Assembly: GCA_030765605.1 (NCBI GenBank)
Contig: JAVCCG010000133.1
Coordinates: forward strand, 12,086 to 76,085
DNA from: Candidatus Alcyoniella australis
Lineage (GTDB): Bacteria > Lernaellota > Lernaellaia > JAVCCG01 > Alcyoniellaceae
DNA length: 64,000 bases
Reading direction: 5' to 3'
A program made the translations under genes and the position numbers. Shown one piece after another: positions 20,969-31,552 of the stretch. The notes under the pieces are model-generated. The model made no database searches. It worked only from the letters and a program-made list of their open reading frames with translations, and was not told where the DNA came from. Numbering within the stretch: the first letter of the stretch is position 1; every line of letters begins with the position of its first letter.

Positions 20969-22302
20969 GGCTCTTCGAGTTCCCCGGCGGCGTCCACCCG
21001 GACGACCACAAGGAGCTGACGCGCTCCAAGCCGCTCGAGGCGCTGAGCGCGCCCGAGCTGCTCAACGTGTCGATGGCTCAACACCTGGGCGCCCCGGCCC
21101 AGCCGTTGGTCAAGCCCGGAGAACGGGTGCTGGTCGGCCAAAAGATCGGCGAGCCGCGCGGCTTCATCTCGGCGGCGGTTCACAGCCCGGTCAGCGGCAA
21201 GGTCAAACGCCTGACCCAGGTGCCGCACCCGGAGCTCGGCCGTTGCCAGGCGGTGCTGATAGAGAACGACGGCGAGGACGAGCGCGGCTATCAGCCGCCC
21301 GAGCGTCCGTGGTCCGAGCTCGAGCCCAAACGCTTGGTCGAGCTGCTGGCCGAGGCCGGAGTCGTGGGCCTGGGCGGCGCAACCTTCCCCTCGCACGTCA
21401 AGCTCTCGCCGCCGGAGAACAAGCCGATCGACACGGTGATTCTCAACGGCGTGGAGTGCGAGCCGTACTTAACCTCGGACCATCGGCTGATGCTCGAACG
21501 GCCCGACGACGTGGTCCTAGGACTTAAAATTGTCCGCAGCATACTGGGGGCCAAGCAGGCGCTGATCGCCGTGGAGTCCAACAAGTCCGACGCCGCGGCC
21601 AAACTCTCGGCCAAGCTGATCCACGGCGACAGCGGGATCGAGATCGTAGTCCCGCGGGTCCGCTATCCCCAGGGCGCCGAAAAGCAGCTGATCTACGCCT
21701 GCACCAAACGTCGCGTGCCCAACGGCGGCCTGCCGATGGACGTGGGCTGCGTTGTGCACAACGTGGGCACCGCCGTGGCGATCCGCGACGCGCTGGTCGA
21801 TGGGCGACCGCTGATTTCGCGCGCGTTGACGATCACCGGCATGGGGGTCGACACTCCCAAAAACCTGTTAGCGGCCATCGGCACGCCACTGAGCGCGCTG
21901 GTCGATGCCTGCGGCGGACTGAAGAGCGGCACAGTTAAGGTGATCAGCGGCGGCCCGATGATGGGCATCGCGCTGGGCACGTTGGACCAGCCGATGATCA
22001 AGAGCACCGGCGGGCTGCTGTGCCTGACCGCTTCGGAGACCTTCAAGCCCGAGCAGGGTCCGTGCATCCGTTGCGGCCGCTGCATTCGCGCCTGCCCGAT
22101 GCGGTTGCAGCCGACCCTGATCGCCGCCCGCACTAAACTCGACGACTTCGACGAGTGCCTGCGGATCGGTGCGCGCGATTGTATGGAATGCGGTTGCTGC
22201 GCCTATAGCTGCCCGGCGGGCATCCCGCTGGTGCAGTACATCAAACTTGCCAAGTCCGAGATCGCGCAGCTACAGCGCCGCCGCAAAGAGGAGGCGAGGT
22301 GA
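20965..22302 (+). CDS. rnfC: Rnf complex subunit C
   Basis: ATGA overlap start; GGVHP, GLGGATFP, NGVECEPY, GGPMMG, two 4Fe-4S motifs. Confidence 0.95.
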   Translation: MRLFEFPGGVHPDDHKELTRSKPLEALSAPELLNVSMAQHLGAPAQPLVKPGERVLVGQKIGEPRGFISAAVHSPVSGKVKRLTQVPHPELGRCQAVLIENDGEDERGYQPPERPWSELEPKRLVELLAEAGVVGLGGATFPSHVKLSPPENKPIDTVILNGVECEPYLTSDHRLMLERPDDVVLGLKIVRSILGAKQALIAVESNKSDAAAKLSAKLIHGDSGIEIVVPRVRYPQGAEKQLIYACTKRRVPNGGLPMDVGCVVHNVGTAVAIRDALVDGRPLISRALTITGMGVDTPKNLLAAIGTPLSALVDACGGLKSGTVKVISGGPMMGIALGTLDQPMIKSTGGLLCLTASETFKPEQGPCIRCGRCIRACPMRLQPTLIAARTKLDDFDECLRIGARDCMECGCCAYSCPAGIPLVQYIKLAKSEIAQLQRRRKEEAR

Positions 22303-23327
22303 GCCAGCCCGCGCAGCTGTTCCACGCCGGCCCCTCGCCGCATATCAGGCAGCCGGAGAGTACCCGGCGGATCATGCTCTGGGTGATCGTCGCCCTGCTG
22401 CCGGCCGCGCTCTACGGCGTCTACCTCTTTGGCGCCAACGCCGCGCTGGTGCTGGTGCTATGCACCGGGTTCGCGGTGGTGCTCGAGGCGCTGTGGCAGC
22501 GGATGATCGGACGCCCGATGGTGGTCGGCGACGGCTCGGCCGCACTGACCGGACTGCTGCTGGCGCTCAACCTGCCGCCTAACGCGCCGTGGTGGATGTG
22601 CCTGATCGGCGCGGCCGTGGCCGTGATCGTGGCCAAGGGCGTGTTCGGCGGACTGGGGCAGAACGTATTCAACCCGGCGCTGGTCGCGCGGGTCTTTTTG
22701 CTGATCAGCTTCCCGGTGCAGATGACCGACTACGCGCCGCCCGCCGCGCCGTTCGGCACGGGCGCTGCCGTGGACGCGGCGAGCTACGCCACGCCGCTGG
22801 CCGCAATGAAGGAGCAACTGCTGACCAGCGGTGTGCTCGGGCCGCTGGAGCACGGATTCACGCGGCTGTCCGGGATCACCGGCAACATGGGCGGCAGCCT
22901 GGGCGAAATGTCGTTCCTGCTGCTGCTGCTCGGCGGCGCGTTCCTGCTAGTGCGGCGCGTAATCACCTGGCAGATCCCGGCAAGCTTTATCGGCACGGTA
23001 GTCGCGCTGACCGGCCTGATGCACGTAATCGATCCCGCGCGCTACGCCGACCCGCTGTTCCACCTGGTTACCGGCGGCCTGATGCTCGGCGCGTTCTTTA
23101 TGGCCACCGACTACGTCACCAGCCCGATGACCGCCAAGGGACAGCTGATCTTCGGCGTGCTGTGCGGCCTGCTGACCGTGGTGATCCGGCTCTGGGGCGG
23201 CTACCCCGAGGGCGTGAGCTTCGCGATCCTGCTGGGCAACGCGGCCGTGCCCTTGATCGACCGCTACACCATGCCCAAGGTCTTCGGCTCGACGCGCGGC
23301 AAGCCGGCCAAGGAGGCCCGGGCATGA
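22299..23327 (+). CDS. rnfD: Rnf complex subunit D
   Basis: SPHI, FGGLGQNVFNPA, ATPL (FMN site), FMATDYVTSP, GGYPEG. Confidence 0.95.
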   Translation: MSQPAQLFHAGPSPHIRQPESTRRIMLWVIVALLPAALYGVYLFGANAALVLVLCTGFAVVLEALWQRMIGRPMVVGDGSAALTGLLLALNLPPNAPWWMCLIGAAVAVIVAKGVFGGLGQNVFNPALVARVFLLISFPVQMTDYAPPAAPFGTGAAVDAASYATPLAAMKEQLLTSGVLGPLEHGFTRLSGITGNMGGSLGEMSFLLLLLGGAFLLVRRVITWQIPASFIGTVVALTGLMHVIDPARYADPLFHLVTGGLMLGAFFMATDYVTSPMTAKGQLIFGVLCGLLTVVIRLWGGYPEGVSFAILLGNAAVPLIDRYTMPKVFGSTRGKPAKEARA

Positions 23328-24109
23328 GGGGCATGGCCAAGATGGTGCTGGTGCTCAGCGCGATCTGCCTGTGCGCGGCCGCGGGCCTCTCCGGGGTCTA
23401 CGCCCTGACCAAGGGACCGATCGCCGAGGCCCAACGCCAGGAGAAGATTGCCGCGATCAGCCAGGTGATGCCCGAGGGTCCGGCGCTGAGCAACGACCCG
23501 TTGGCCGACGTGCTCTACATTAACGAGTTCGACGGCAAGGTCGCGTCCGAACGGCCGGCCGATCTTGCGGGCTGGCGTACGCTGCACATCTGCCGCCGCG
23601 GCGATCAGATCGCCGGGCTGGCGATGGAGATCGCGAGCAAGAACGGCTACTCGGGATCGATCAAACTGATCGTCGGCCTCGACCTCGAGGGCCAGGTGCT
23701 CGGCGTGCGCGTGTTGCAGCATTCCGAGACTCCCGGGCTGGGCGCCAAGATCGAGCAGGGCTGGTTCCTCGAGCGCCTGGTATGGGTCGATCCAAAAACC
23801 AAGGCCGAGCGCTGGTCCACGGGCAACCTCGACCGGCTCTACGTGACCAAGGACAACGGCGCGGTGGACGCGATCTCCGGCGCGACCATCAGCCCGCGCG
23901 CCGCGTGCGAGGCGTTACGCCAAGGTTTGGAGCTCTACGCTCAAGCCCTGCCCAAAATCAAACAACTTTTGAAACCGCAGCCCGAACCGCCCGCGTCCGA
24001 CGCCACGCTCGAGGGTGCGGGCGATACGCTGCACGCGGCGATGCAGAGCTTTTACAGCCGATCGATCGCCGGGCCGCAGGCCGCCACAGAGCAGGAGGCG
24101 GGGCAGTGA
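23324..24109 (+). CDS. rnfG: Rnf complex subunit G
   Basis: ATGA overlap start; [17 protein letters not shown] flavinylation motif. Confidence 0.9.
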   Translation: MRGMAKMVLVLSAICLCAAAGLSGVYALTKGPIAEAQRQEKIAAISQVMPEGPALSNDPLADVLYINEFDGKVASERPADLAGWRTLHICRRGDQIAGLAMEIASKNGYSGSIKLIVGLDLEGQVLGVRVLQHSETPGLGAKIEQGWFLERLVWVDPKTKAERWSTGNLDRLYVTKDNGAVDAISGATISPRAACEALRQGLELYAQALPKIKQLLKPQPEPPASDATLEGAGDTLHAAMQSFYSRSIAGPQAATEQEAGQ

Positions 24110-24714
24110 ATACGCTGGCCAGGGAATTCAGCAAAGGGCTGTGGGCCGAGCACCCGATCTTCCGGCTGGTGCTGGGCATGTGCCCGACTTTGGCCGTAAC
24201 CACCTCGGTTGAGAACGGCCTGGGCATGGGCCTGGCCACGACCTTCGTGCTGCTGTGCTCCAACACCTTGATTTCGGCATTGCGCAAGATCATCCCCTCG
24301 GGCGTGCGTATCCCGGCGTTTATCGTGGTCATCGCCAGCTTCGTCACCATCGTCGACCTGGTGATGAAGGGCTACTTCCTCTCGCTGAACAAGGCCCTGG
24401 GCCTGTTCATTCCGCTGATCGTGGTCAACTGCATCATCCTGGGTCGGGCCGAGGCATTCGCCAACCGCAACCCGCTGCTCCCCAGCGTGCTCGACGGCCT
24501 GGGCATGGGCGTGGGCTTCACCCTGGGGCTGGTGGTGCTCGGCGCAATGCGCGAGGTGCTGGGCAACGGCACGATTCTCGGGGTCTCGCTGTTCGGCCAG
24601 GGCTTCCTGCCGGTGTTGGTTTTCGTACTGCCGCCCGGCGCGTTCATTGGTTTGGGATTGCTGCTGGCGGCGATGAACCGCCTCAATCGACCGCGCTCCG
24701 GCAAAATCTATTAG
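24106..24714 (+). CDS. rnfE: Rnf complex subunit E
   Basis: GTGA overlap start; [34 protein letters not shown]. Confidence 0.95.
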   Translation: MNTLAREFSKGLWAEHPIFRLVLGMCPTLAVTTSVENGLGMGLATTFVLLCSNTLISALRKIIPSGVRIPAFIVVIASFVTIVDLVMKGYFLSLNKALGLFIPLIVVNCIILGRAEAFANRNPLLPSVLDGLGMGVGFTLGLVVLGAMREVLGNGTILGVSLFGQGFLPVLVFVLPPGAFIGLGLLLAAMNRLNRPRSGKIY

Positions 24715-24717
24715 GCA

Positions 24718-24892
24718 GCTTGGAGCTGCACAAAAACTCGCACAGCACGACCATCATTGTTCAACGCCAAGCCCCGCGTCGCGCCTACTCAAATATTGTC
24801 ATCACAATATTTAATCCCCACCTTCATCCGACGCGGAGTGGATCGTTGTATTAGGACTAGCGGACTGCGCGAGTTTTGCTCCGGCTCCAAGC
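24718..24892. repeat. 175-bp imperfect palindrome, family B, full copy
   Basis: GCTTGGAGC..AAAACTCGC / GCGAGTTTT..GCTCCAAGC arms, inner CCGCGTCG/CGACGCGG and AAATATTGT/ACAATATTT stems; related copies at ~19.2 kb and ~56.7 kb. Confidence 0.8.
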
Positions 24893-24935
24893 CGGGCGCG
24901 TTGACGAAGCTCGTTAAATATTCCAGGCTAGCCCC

Positions 24936-25349
24936 ATGAAACGGGTAGACATGATCCGCTGCACTCTGCTCGATCGCGACAACGACGAGCGAGCTGCGTA
25001 CTACCTGCCCAAGGCGGTGTACGACATGTGGAAGTACATCGTGACGCAGCAGGGCGCTTACGAAATCGAACAAGTGTTGATTTCCAGCTGGGTCGATGAG
25101 GAGGGCTATTCCTACGAGCGCGGTCTGCGCGGCGACCATCACGTGGAGCCGGTGGTTGAGGTCTGTTTAAACGTGCGCCGCATGGCCGAGGAGGACGAAG
25201 CCAAGCCGACCATGCGCTACATTGCCGCCTCGCGCTTTGACAAGGCGCTGGAATACCTCAAGAGCTCGGGCCTCGATCAGATCACGTTCGATGGCAGCGA
25301 GGTCACACGCGGCTACTTTTTGGTGGTCGAGGAACTGCCTCTGCCTTGA
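24936..25349 (+). CDS. Hypothetical protein
   Basis: 137-aa ORF with a TTGACG-17-CAGGCT promoter 6 nt before the ATG. Confidence 0.6.
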   Translation: MKRVDMIRCTLLDRDNDERAAYYLPKAVYDMWKYIVTQQGAYEIEQVLISSWVDEEGYSYERGLRGDHHVEPVVEVCLNVRRMAEEDEAKPTMRYIAASRFDKALEYLKSSGLDQITFDGSEVTRGYFLVVEELPLP

Positions 25350-25411
25350 TGGCCACCTTGGGCAGGGGCTAGAATACACAGAATATTCCGATTGTCTGAA
25401 AGGTACCTCTG

Positions 25412-26236
25412 ATGTCAGCTATGTACCGGCCGTTCACCTATGCGGCGCTGATGGCTCTATGCGTGCTATTCATCTTCAGCGGACTGGGCTGCAGCAAGGC
25501 CGGTCCGCGTTACGACGAGGTGTTCAGCTCGGGCCAAGCGTTCGTCAAGCTGTGCCACGACGTGGACAAGCTCGAGGCGATCGTGCCGCTGGGCATGGAG
25601 CATCCCTACGAGATCGACGCCGAACACCTGGCGTTTGTGCTCGAGCAGGTGACGTTTCAGGAGTACGGATTTTTAAAGTGGCGCGACCGCGGCCGCCTGT
25701 TCTACGACGAGGAGGTCGCGGAGTTGGCCCAGCCGCTGAGCCAGGCCCTGGCCCAGGCCGGTCCGGACCAGGTGATTGTCTTCCGCAGCTCGGCGCGCAA
25801 GCGCGATCTGCTGCTGCCCACCAATCGGCTGACCAGCGGCATGCTGTTCCACTCCGGCGGCGAGCTGCAACTGGTGATCGGCAACCTCAATTGGGAGCAG
25901 ATCGATCCGGACGCCGAGTACTATCAGGACGACCCGCGCGAACGAACGCTGCTCACGCCCTACCGGCTGGTCGTCGACGAGCTGATGACCCGGCCGCCGG
26001 TGGACAAGAACGAGCGTCTTCTCAAGCGCGAGCACAACAACTGGCTGCAGTTCGACGTCCAGGCGCTGCTGGCGCTAGCCCAGCCCGAGGAGGAACCTGC
26101 GTCGCCTGTGGTTGTCGTACCTGTGGCGCCCAATGTGGAGCAGCGACTGCAAACACTCAAGGAGCTGTACGAGCAGGAGTTGATCACCCAAGAGGAGTAC
26201 GAGCAGAAGCGGCAGGAGATTCTCGACGAGCTGTGA
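25412..26236 (+). CDS. Lipoprotein with a C-terminal SHOCT domain
   Basis: Lipobox GLGC; RLQTLKELYEQELITQEEYEQKRQEIL. Confidence 0.75.
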   Translation: MSAMYRPFTYAALMALCVLFIFSGLGCSKAGPRYDEVFSSGQAFVKLCHDVDKLEAIVPLGMEHPYEIDAEHLAFVLEQVTFQEYGFLKWRDRGRLFYDEEVAELAQPLSQALAQAGPDQVIVFRSSARKRDLLLPTNRLTSGMLFHSGGELQLVIGNLNWEQIDPDAEYYQDDPRERTLLTPYRLVVDELMTRPPVDKNERLLKREHNNWLQFDVQALLALAQPEEEPASPVVVVPVAPNVEQRLQTLKELYEQELITQEEYEQKRQEILDEL

Positions 26237-26257
26237 GACGCGCAGCGTAGGATTGCG

Positions 26258-27397
26258 ATGAACACCAATCGACCGACATTCGCCAACATCGACCTCAGTG
26301 CGCTGGAGCACAACTACCGTGCGATCCGCGAACGGATCGGCCCCGACGTGGGAATGATGGCGATCGTCAAGGCCAATGCTTACGGTCACGGAGCGGTGCC
26401 GATTGCCTCGAACCTCGAGCGGTTGGGCGCCGACGCGTTTGGCGTAGCGTTTGCCGAGGAGGGGATCGAGCTGCGCGAGGGCGGCATCACGCGGCCGATC
26501 GTGGTCCTGGGCGGGCTGTACTTCGGCGAGACGGGCAAGGCGGTGAAGTACGGCCTGACCCCGGTCGTGCACTCGCTGGAGAACGCACGCTCGTTGGCGC
26601 TGCAGGCTGCGGAGCTCGGCGTGCGACTGGACGTCCACGTCAAGATCGACACCGGGATGAACCGCATCGGCCTGCGCGCGCCGGATTGCGTGGACGAGGT
26701 GCTGCACATCGCGGCGCTGGGCAGCCTGCGCGTGCAGGGGCTGCTGAGCCATCTGGCCACGGTCGAGCCGGACTTCGGTGGTCCGGGAAAAAATCAGCAC
26801 GAGCTGTTTATCGAGACGATCGGCCTGCTCGCCGAACGCGGCCTGACCCCGCCGCTGGTGCATATGGACAATTCGATGGGCGTGATGGCCGCGCCCCACG
26901 AGCGTTTCGTGATGGTGCGGCCGGGGCTCTCGCTTTACGGCGCGTGGGCCGATCCGGCATTTGTCGGCAGCATGGACCTACGTCCCGTAATGAGCCTGAC
27001 CACCGAGATCGTGCATCTCAAGACAGTGCCCCCCGGATCGCCGATCAGTTACGGCGGAACTTTCGTTACCAAGCGCGAATCACGGATCGCCACGATCCCC
27101 ATGGGCTACGCCGACGGCCTGCCGCGCAATCTGGGCAACCGCGGCGAGGCGCTGGTGCGCGGGCGGCGCGCGCCGATCGCCGGAGCGGTCTGCATGGACA
27201 TGGCGATGCTCGACGTCAGCGACGTGCCCGATGTGCGGCGTGGCGACCGAGCCGTGCTGATCGGCTCCCAGGGCGACCAGCGGATCACGGCCGACGATTG
27301 GGCGCGGGCGCTGGACACGATCTCCTACGAGGTCTTCTGCAACATCGGCTCGCGGGTCTCGCGGCTCTACGTGCAGAGCGACAGCGCGGAGCTTTAA
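26258..27397 (+). CDS. alr: Alanine racemase
   Basis: AIVKANAYGHGA PLP lysine, HVKIDTGMNRIG, GYADG, CMDM. Confidence 0.97.
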   Translation: MNTNRPTFANIDLSALEHNYRAIRERIGPDVGMMAIVKANAYGHGAVPIASNLERLGADAFGVAFAEEGIELREGGITRPIVVLGGLYFGETGKAVKYGLTPVVHSLENARSLALQAAELGVRLDVHVKIDTGMNRIGLRAPDCVDEVLHIAALGSLRVQGLLSHLATVEPDFGGPGKNQHELFIETIGLLAERGLTPPLVHMDNSMGVMAAPHERFVMVRPGLSLYGAWADPAFVGSMDLRPVMSLTTEIVHLKTVPPGSPISYGGTFVTKRESRIATIPMGYADGLPRNLGNRGEALVRGRRAPIAGAVCMDMAMLDVSDVPDVRRGDRAVLIGSQGDQRITADDWARALDTISYEVFCNIGSRVSRLYVQSDSAEL

Positions 27398-28168
27398 TTG
27401 CTGAGGCCAATCGAGGCTCTGGGCAAGGCCCTGATCGACATGGTCGAGCAGGTCGGCCAGATCGGCATCGTGTTTCTCTGGACCCTCTATTGGTTGTTCC
27501 GTCCGCCGTACCGCCTGCGCCTGCTGGTTCGACAGTTCGATTTCGTCGGCGTGGGATCGATCTTCATCATCACACTCAGCGCGGTGTTCACCGGCGCGGT
27601 GTTCAGCCTGCAAAGCAGCTACGCCTTTCGGATGTTCGAGGCCAACACGATGATCGGCCCCACGGTGGTGCTCTCGTTGACCCGCGAACTAGGACCGGTG
27701 CTCGCGGCGCTGATGATCGCCGGCCGCTGCGGATCGTCGATGGCCGCCGAGCTGGGCACGATGCGCGTTACCGACCAGATCGACGCGTTGGAGTCGATGG
27801 CCGTCAACCCGATACATTACCTGGTCGTGCCGCGAGTGGTGGCCAGCGTGGTGATGATGCCGATCCTGGCCTCGTTGTTCGACTTCGCGGGCACCATCGG
27901 CAGCTATTTCGTTTGCACCAATCTACTGGGCCTAAGCGCGGTGGAGTTTCTCAACGACGTGATTTACTACGTGGACGTGGACGACTATTACAACGGGATT
28001 ATCAAGGCCGGATTCTTCGGTTTGATAATCTCTGTAATCGGTTGCTACAAAGGCTATTATGTCGAGGGCGGCGCCGCGGGCGTGGGTCGTGCAACGACCC
28101 AGAGCGTGGTGATCGCCTCGGTGACAGTGCTGGTTTCGGATTACTTTCTCAGCGCATTATTGTTTTAA
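27398..28168 (+). CDS. mlaE: MlaE family ABC permease
   Basis: RELGPVL, AELGTMRVTDQIDALE, GVGRATTQSVV. Confidence 0.92.
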   Translation: MLRPIEALGKALIDMVEQVGQIGIVFLWTLYWLFRPPYRLRLLVRQFDFVGVGSIFIITLSAVFTGAVFSLQSSYAFRMFEANTMIGPTVVLSLTRELGPVLAALMIAGRCGSSMAAELGTMRVTDQIDALESMAVNPIHYLVVPRVVASVVMMPILASLFDFAGTIGSYFVCTNLLGLSAVEFLNDVIYYVDVDDYYNGIIKAGFFGLIISVIGCYKGYYVEGGAAGVGRATTQSVVIASVTVLVSDYFLSALLF

Positions 28169-28179
28169 GGCAGGGCAAG

Positions 28180-29043
28180 ATGGGCATGAGCGAACCACGC
28201 AGCCGCGACAACATTATCGAGCTGATCGAGCTTGAGAAGAGTTTCGGCGACAAGCGTGTGCTCAACAAGCTGAGCCTCGAGATCCCGCGCGGCTCGATCA
28301 CGATTTTGCTCGGCCGTTCCGGCGGGGGCAAGTCGGTAACGCTCAAGCACATCATCGGCCTGTTGCGGCCCGACAGCGGCCGGGTGCTGATCGACGGCGA
28401 GGAGATCACCGACCTGGCGCCGACCGAGATCAACCGCGTGCGGCGTAAGTTCGGCGTGCTGTTCCAGGGCGCGGCGCTGTTCGACTCGATGAGCGTCGGC
28501 GAGAACGTGGCCTTTCCGCTGATCGAACACGCGCGGCTGTCGCGGGCCAAGGTCGCCGAGAAAGTGGCCCAGGCCCTGTCCAACGTCGGCCTGGCCGGGG
28601 TGGAAGCGATGTGGCCCTCGAACCTCTCCGGCGGCATGGCCAAGCGGGTGGGGCTGGCGCGGGCCATGGTGCTCGAGCCCGAGATCATCCTCTTCGACGA
28701 GCCGACCAGCGGCCTGGACCCGCTGATGGCCGACGCGATCTACAAGCTGATCTCGGATACCCAGCACCGCAACAACCTGACCAATTTTATCATCTCCCAC
28801 GATGTGCAGCTGGCGATGACCATCGCCGACAAGATCGCGCTGATCCACGAGGGACGGATCATCGAGCAGGGCGACCCGCAGAGCTTCAGACTCTCGACAA
28901 ACCCCTATGTGCGGCAATTCCTCGAGGGCAGCAGCACGGGGCCGATCGACGTGGTTGCCGAGTCCAAGGGCCTCGACGGTAAAACCCCGTTGCCGCTGGA
29001 CGCCGAGCAGGCAATCCGCGAACACGCTGAGGGACCGCGATGA
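28180..29043 (+). CDS. mlaF: MlaF family ABC ATPase
   Basis: GRSGGGKS, LFQGAALFDSM, LSGGMAKRVGLARA, FDEPTSGLDP. Confidence 0.92.
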   Translation: MGMSEPRSRDNIIELIELEKSFGDKRVLNKLSLEIPRGSITILLGRSGGGKSVTLKHIIGLLRPDSGRVLIDGEEITDLAPTEINRVRRKFGVLFQGAALFDSMSVGENVAFPLIEHARLSRAKVAEKVAQALSNVGLAGVEAMWPSNLSGGMAKRVGLARAMVLEPEIILFDEPTSGLDPLMADAIYKLISDTQHRNNLTNFIISHDVQLAMTIADKIALIHEGRIIEQGDPQSFRLSTNPYVRQFLEGSSTGPIDVVAESKGLDGKTPLPLDAEQAIREHAEGPR

Positions 29044-30557
29044 AACGCCGCTTTTCCACCGAGCTCAAGGTCGGACTGTTCTTCATCGTGATGTTATTGA
29101 TGATCGCCTTTATCAGCCTGCGGCTGGGCAACATCAACCTGTTCGAGGAACGCGGCTACGTGGTCTGGGCGGTGTTCGACACCGCCGCCGGCGTCAACCC
29201 CGAGACCGAGGTGCTCTACGCCGGAATCCGCATCGGCCGGGTCGATGCAATCAAACTGCACGAGGGCAAGGCGCGGATCGAGATGCTGGTCCTGCCCGGG
29301 GTCAAGCTCGAGCGCGACTGCTCGATCGCGCTGATGAGCAAGGGATTCCTCGGCGCGCGCTACATGGAGATCTCGCCGGGCACTGTCGGCGCCGAGCCGC
29401 TCAAGGACGGCGACCAAATTAAGAGGGTCACCGCGCCGTTCGATATTTCATCTGTGGGCGGAGAGCTCAACGTGGTGGTCGACGATATTCAGGCGATTAC
29501 CGCCAACTTGCGCGACGTGCTGGGCGACGAACAGGGGCTGGTGGCACTCGAACAGATTTTGGAGAACGTGCGCGGCGTAACCGAGCAGGCCAACCAGATG
29601 GCCACGGACAACCAACGCGAGCTGCACCGCATCCTGAGCAACCTGGCGGTGATCACCGAGAGCCTGGCGCGGGTCAGCTCGGCCAACGACGATGCGATGT
29701 CCGCCGCCCTGGGCGACCTACCCGAAATCACCGAAAACCTGCGCGTGATAACCGAGAACCTCTCGCGCATCGTGCAGAACAACTCCGATGGCATGGACAG
29801 CGCCATGTCGCGCATCGCCGACTCCTCCGAGCAGCTGCGCGGTACGCTGAGCAACCTCAACGAGATCACCGCCAAGATCAACGCGGGCGAGGGCACGTTG
29901 GGCAAGCTGGTCAACGACGAGGAGACCATCTCCAAGCTCAACGAGACCCTCGACGGCGTCAAGGAGCTGGTGAGCACCGCGCGCAACACGCGCACCGAGG
30001 TCGGCTACCGCGCCGACTACTACGCCGACCCCGAAGATTGGCGGCACTCGATCGACCTGCGGATCAGCCCGCGGCCGGATAAGTACGTGCAGATCGGCGT
30101 GGTCAGCTCCGAGATGGGCTCGACCAAGCGCACCGATACCCGCACCGAGACCACGACCAACCCCGGCGAGGACGACGAGAAAAAAGTCGTTGAGGAAGAG
30201 ATTAAGACGGTCACCTCCGACCAGTACCGCTTTACCGCGCTCTACGCCCGGCGCTTCCACGACTTGGTGGTGCGCGGCGGGCTGATCGAGAGCGAGGGCG
30301 GCGTGGGGTTGGACTACTACTTCTTCCAGGACCACCTGCTGCTCTCGGCCGAGGCCTTTGACTTTGACGCGGACCGCGATCCGCGGCTGCGCGCGGTGCT
30401 CAACCTACGGCTGCTCGAACACATCTACCTCGGCGGCGGAGTCGACGACTACACCGACAACTTCGAGGACCCACTGTGGTTCGTCGGCGCCGGACTGATG
30501 ATCCGCGACGACGACCTGTCATGGCTACTGACCCGTATTCCCACTCCGGGATTCTAA
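29040..30557 (+). CDS. mlaD: MCE/MlaD family protein with a long helical stalk and a beta-rich C-terminus
   Basis: ELKVGLF TM helix, MCE domain (YAGIRIGRV), GEGTLGKLV, aromatic beta-strand C-terminus. Confidence 0.85.
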   Translation: MKRRFSTELKVGLFFIVMLLMIAFISLRLGNINLFEERGYVVWAVFDTAAGVNPETEVLYAGIRIGRVDAIKLHEGKARIEMLVLPGVKLERDCSIALMSKGFLGARYMEISPGTVGAEPLKDGDQIKRVTAPFDISSVGGELNVVVDDIQAITANLRDVLGDEQGLVALEQILENVRGVTEQANQMATDNQRELHRILSNLAVITESLARVSSANDDAMSAALGDLPEITENLRVITENLSRIVQNNSDGMDSAMSRIADSSEQLRGTLSNLNEITAKINAGEGTLGKLVNDEETISKLNETLDGVKELVSTARNTRTEVGYRADYYADPEDWRHSIDLRISPRPDKYVQIGVVSSEMGSTKRTDTRTETTTNPGEDDEKKVVEEEIKTVTSDQYRFTALYARRFHDLVVRGGLIESEGGVGLDYYFFQDHLLLSAEAFDFDADRDPRLRAVLNLRLLEHIYLGGGVDDYTDNFEDPLWFVGAGLMIRDDDLSWLLTRIPTPGF

Positions 30558-30578
30558 ATAATTATTGAGGAGGCCCAG

Positions 30579-31526
30579 TTGAGAAGAAATCTGATTTTGA
30601 TCGTTGTGCTGATCGCCTCGATCGTCGTGGCCGCGGTTGTGGTCTCGGCGCAGGACAAGGTATTCGAGGTCAAGTTCACCCCGCGTTGCACCAACGGCAC
30701 CAAGATGATCCCGGATTCGGCCGGGTGGGAATTTGTGCCCGATCGGCCGATGACGATCTCGATTCCGGACATTCCGCTGAGCGCGGATGAGAAGGAACAG
30801 CTCTACAGCGGCGAGCCGATCTGCAAGATGTTGCCCGGCCAGGGCGACAAGAAGATCGGTTGGATGCGCTTTTTCGCGCCGTTCGACCCGGTGACCGCCT
30901 ACTGGGTAATCACCGACTCGGGGCGATTCAGCCAGCAGGACGAATCGTTCCCCTCCACCGGCTCGCTGTTCCGCAAGCGCCACACCTTCATGCCGTATTG
31001 CTTTGACAACGCGATCTGCCCGGCCGAGGACATGCTGTGGAACCTGCAGTACCTGGTGATGCCGCTGGTCAAACCGCGGATGGTCTGCACCTCGCTGTGC
31101 CGCAACCGCGACAACTTCCCCTGGGAGTCGGCCTGGTGGTCCAGCCCAAACTTCTATTGCATGGACAAGATCGAGGCCGAGCTGCAAGACGAGCTCAAAG
31201 AGGCTGTGCGCATCTCACGCAACCGCGGCGCCTGGCATGTGAGCATGCTGCCGCAGGAGTTCCGCCGCACGGCCGGCGATCTCAATCGTGCGCAGATTCT
31301 CTACATCGTCGATACCGAGGCCGGCGGCTCGCTGGGCAACCTGCAGAGCATTTCCAACGCGGCCACCCAGAAGGCGCTGCCCAACCTGGCGGCCAACGTG
31401 ACGTTCATCGGCGAGCGTTGGGAGTGGTTCATGAAGAAGTACCATCCGGCGGATGATCTGCAACGCTTCCACGCTGAGCAGACCGAATATCGCAGCATTT
31501 GGGGTCCGCAGTTCAACGCCAAATAG
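30579..31526 (+). CDS. Exported hypothetical protein, possibly START-like
   Basis: GAGGAGG RBS, signal peptide; YIVDTEAGGSLG...NAATQKALP resembles a START C-terminus. Confidence 0.6.
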   Translation: MRRNLILIVVLIASIVVAAVVVSAQDKVFEVKFTPRCTNGTKMIPDSAGWEFVPDRPMTISIPDIPLSADEKEQLYSGEPICKMLPGQGDKKIGWMRFFAPFDPVTAYWVITDSGRFSQQDESFPSTGSLFRKRHTFMPYCFDNAICPAEDMLWNLQYLVMPLVKPRMVCTSLCRNRDNFPWESAWWSSPNFYCMDKIEAELQDELKEAVRISRNRGAWHVSMLPQEFRRTAGDLNRAQILYIVDTEAGGSLGNLQSISNAATQKALPNLAANVTFIGERWEWFMKKYHPADDLQRFHAEQTEYRSIWGPQFNAK

Positions 31527-31552
31527 GCGGCAAAGAGACAATGCATCTGTTC

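Noticed and set aside
24718..24892. 6S RNA (175-nt rod with a central bubble and TTGAAC on the minus strand)
   Set aside because: Related sequences occur at ~19.2 kb and ~56.7 kb, and the usual zapA/ygfA-type context is absent, so a repeat family fits better; an Rfam scan would settle it
26686..28179. Apparent 785-aa fusion upstream of mlaF, and similar N-terminal extensions of rnfC, rnfG, rnfE and lptG
   Set aside because: The extensions overlap neighbouring genes in other frames; real starts lie at stop/start junctions
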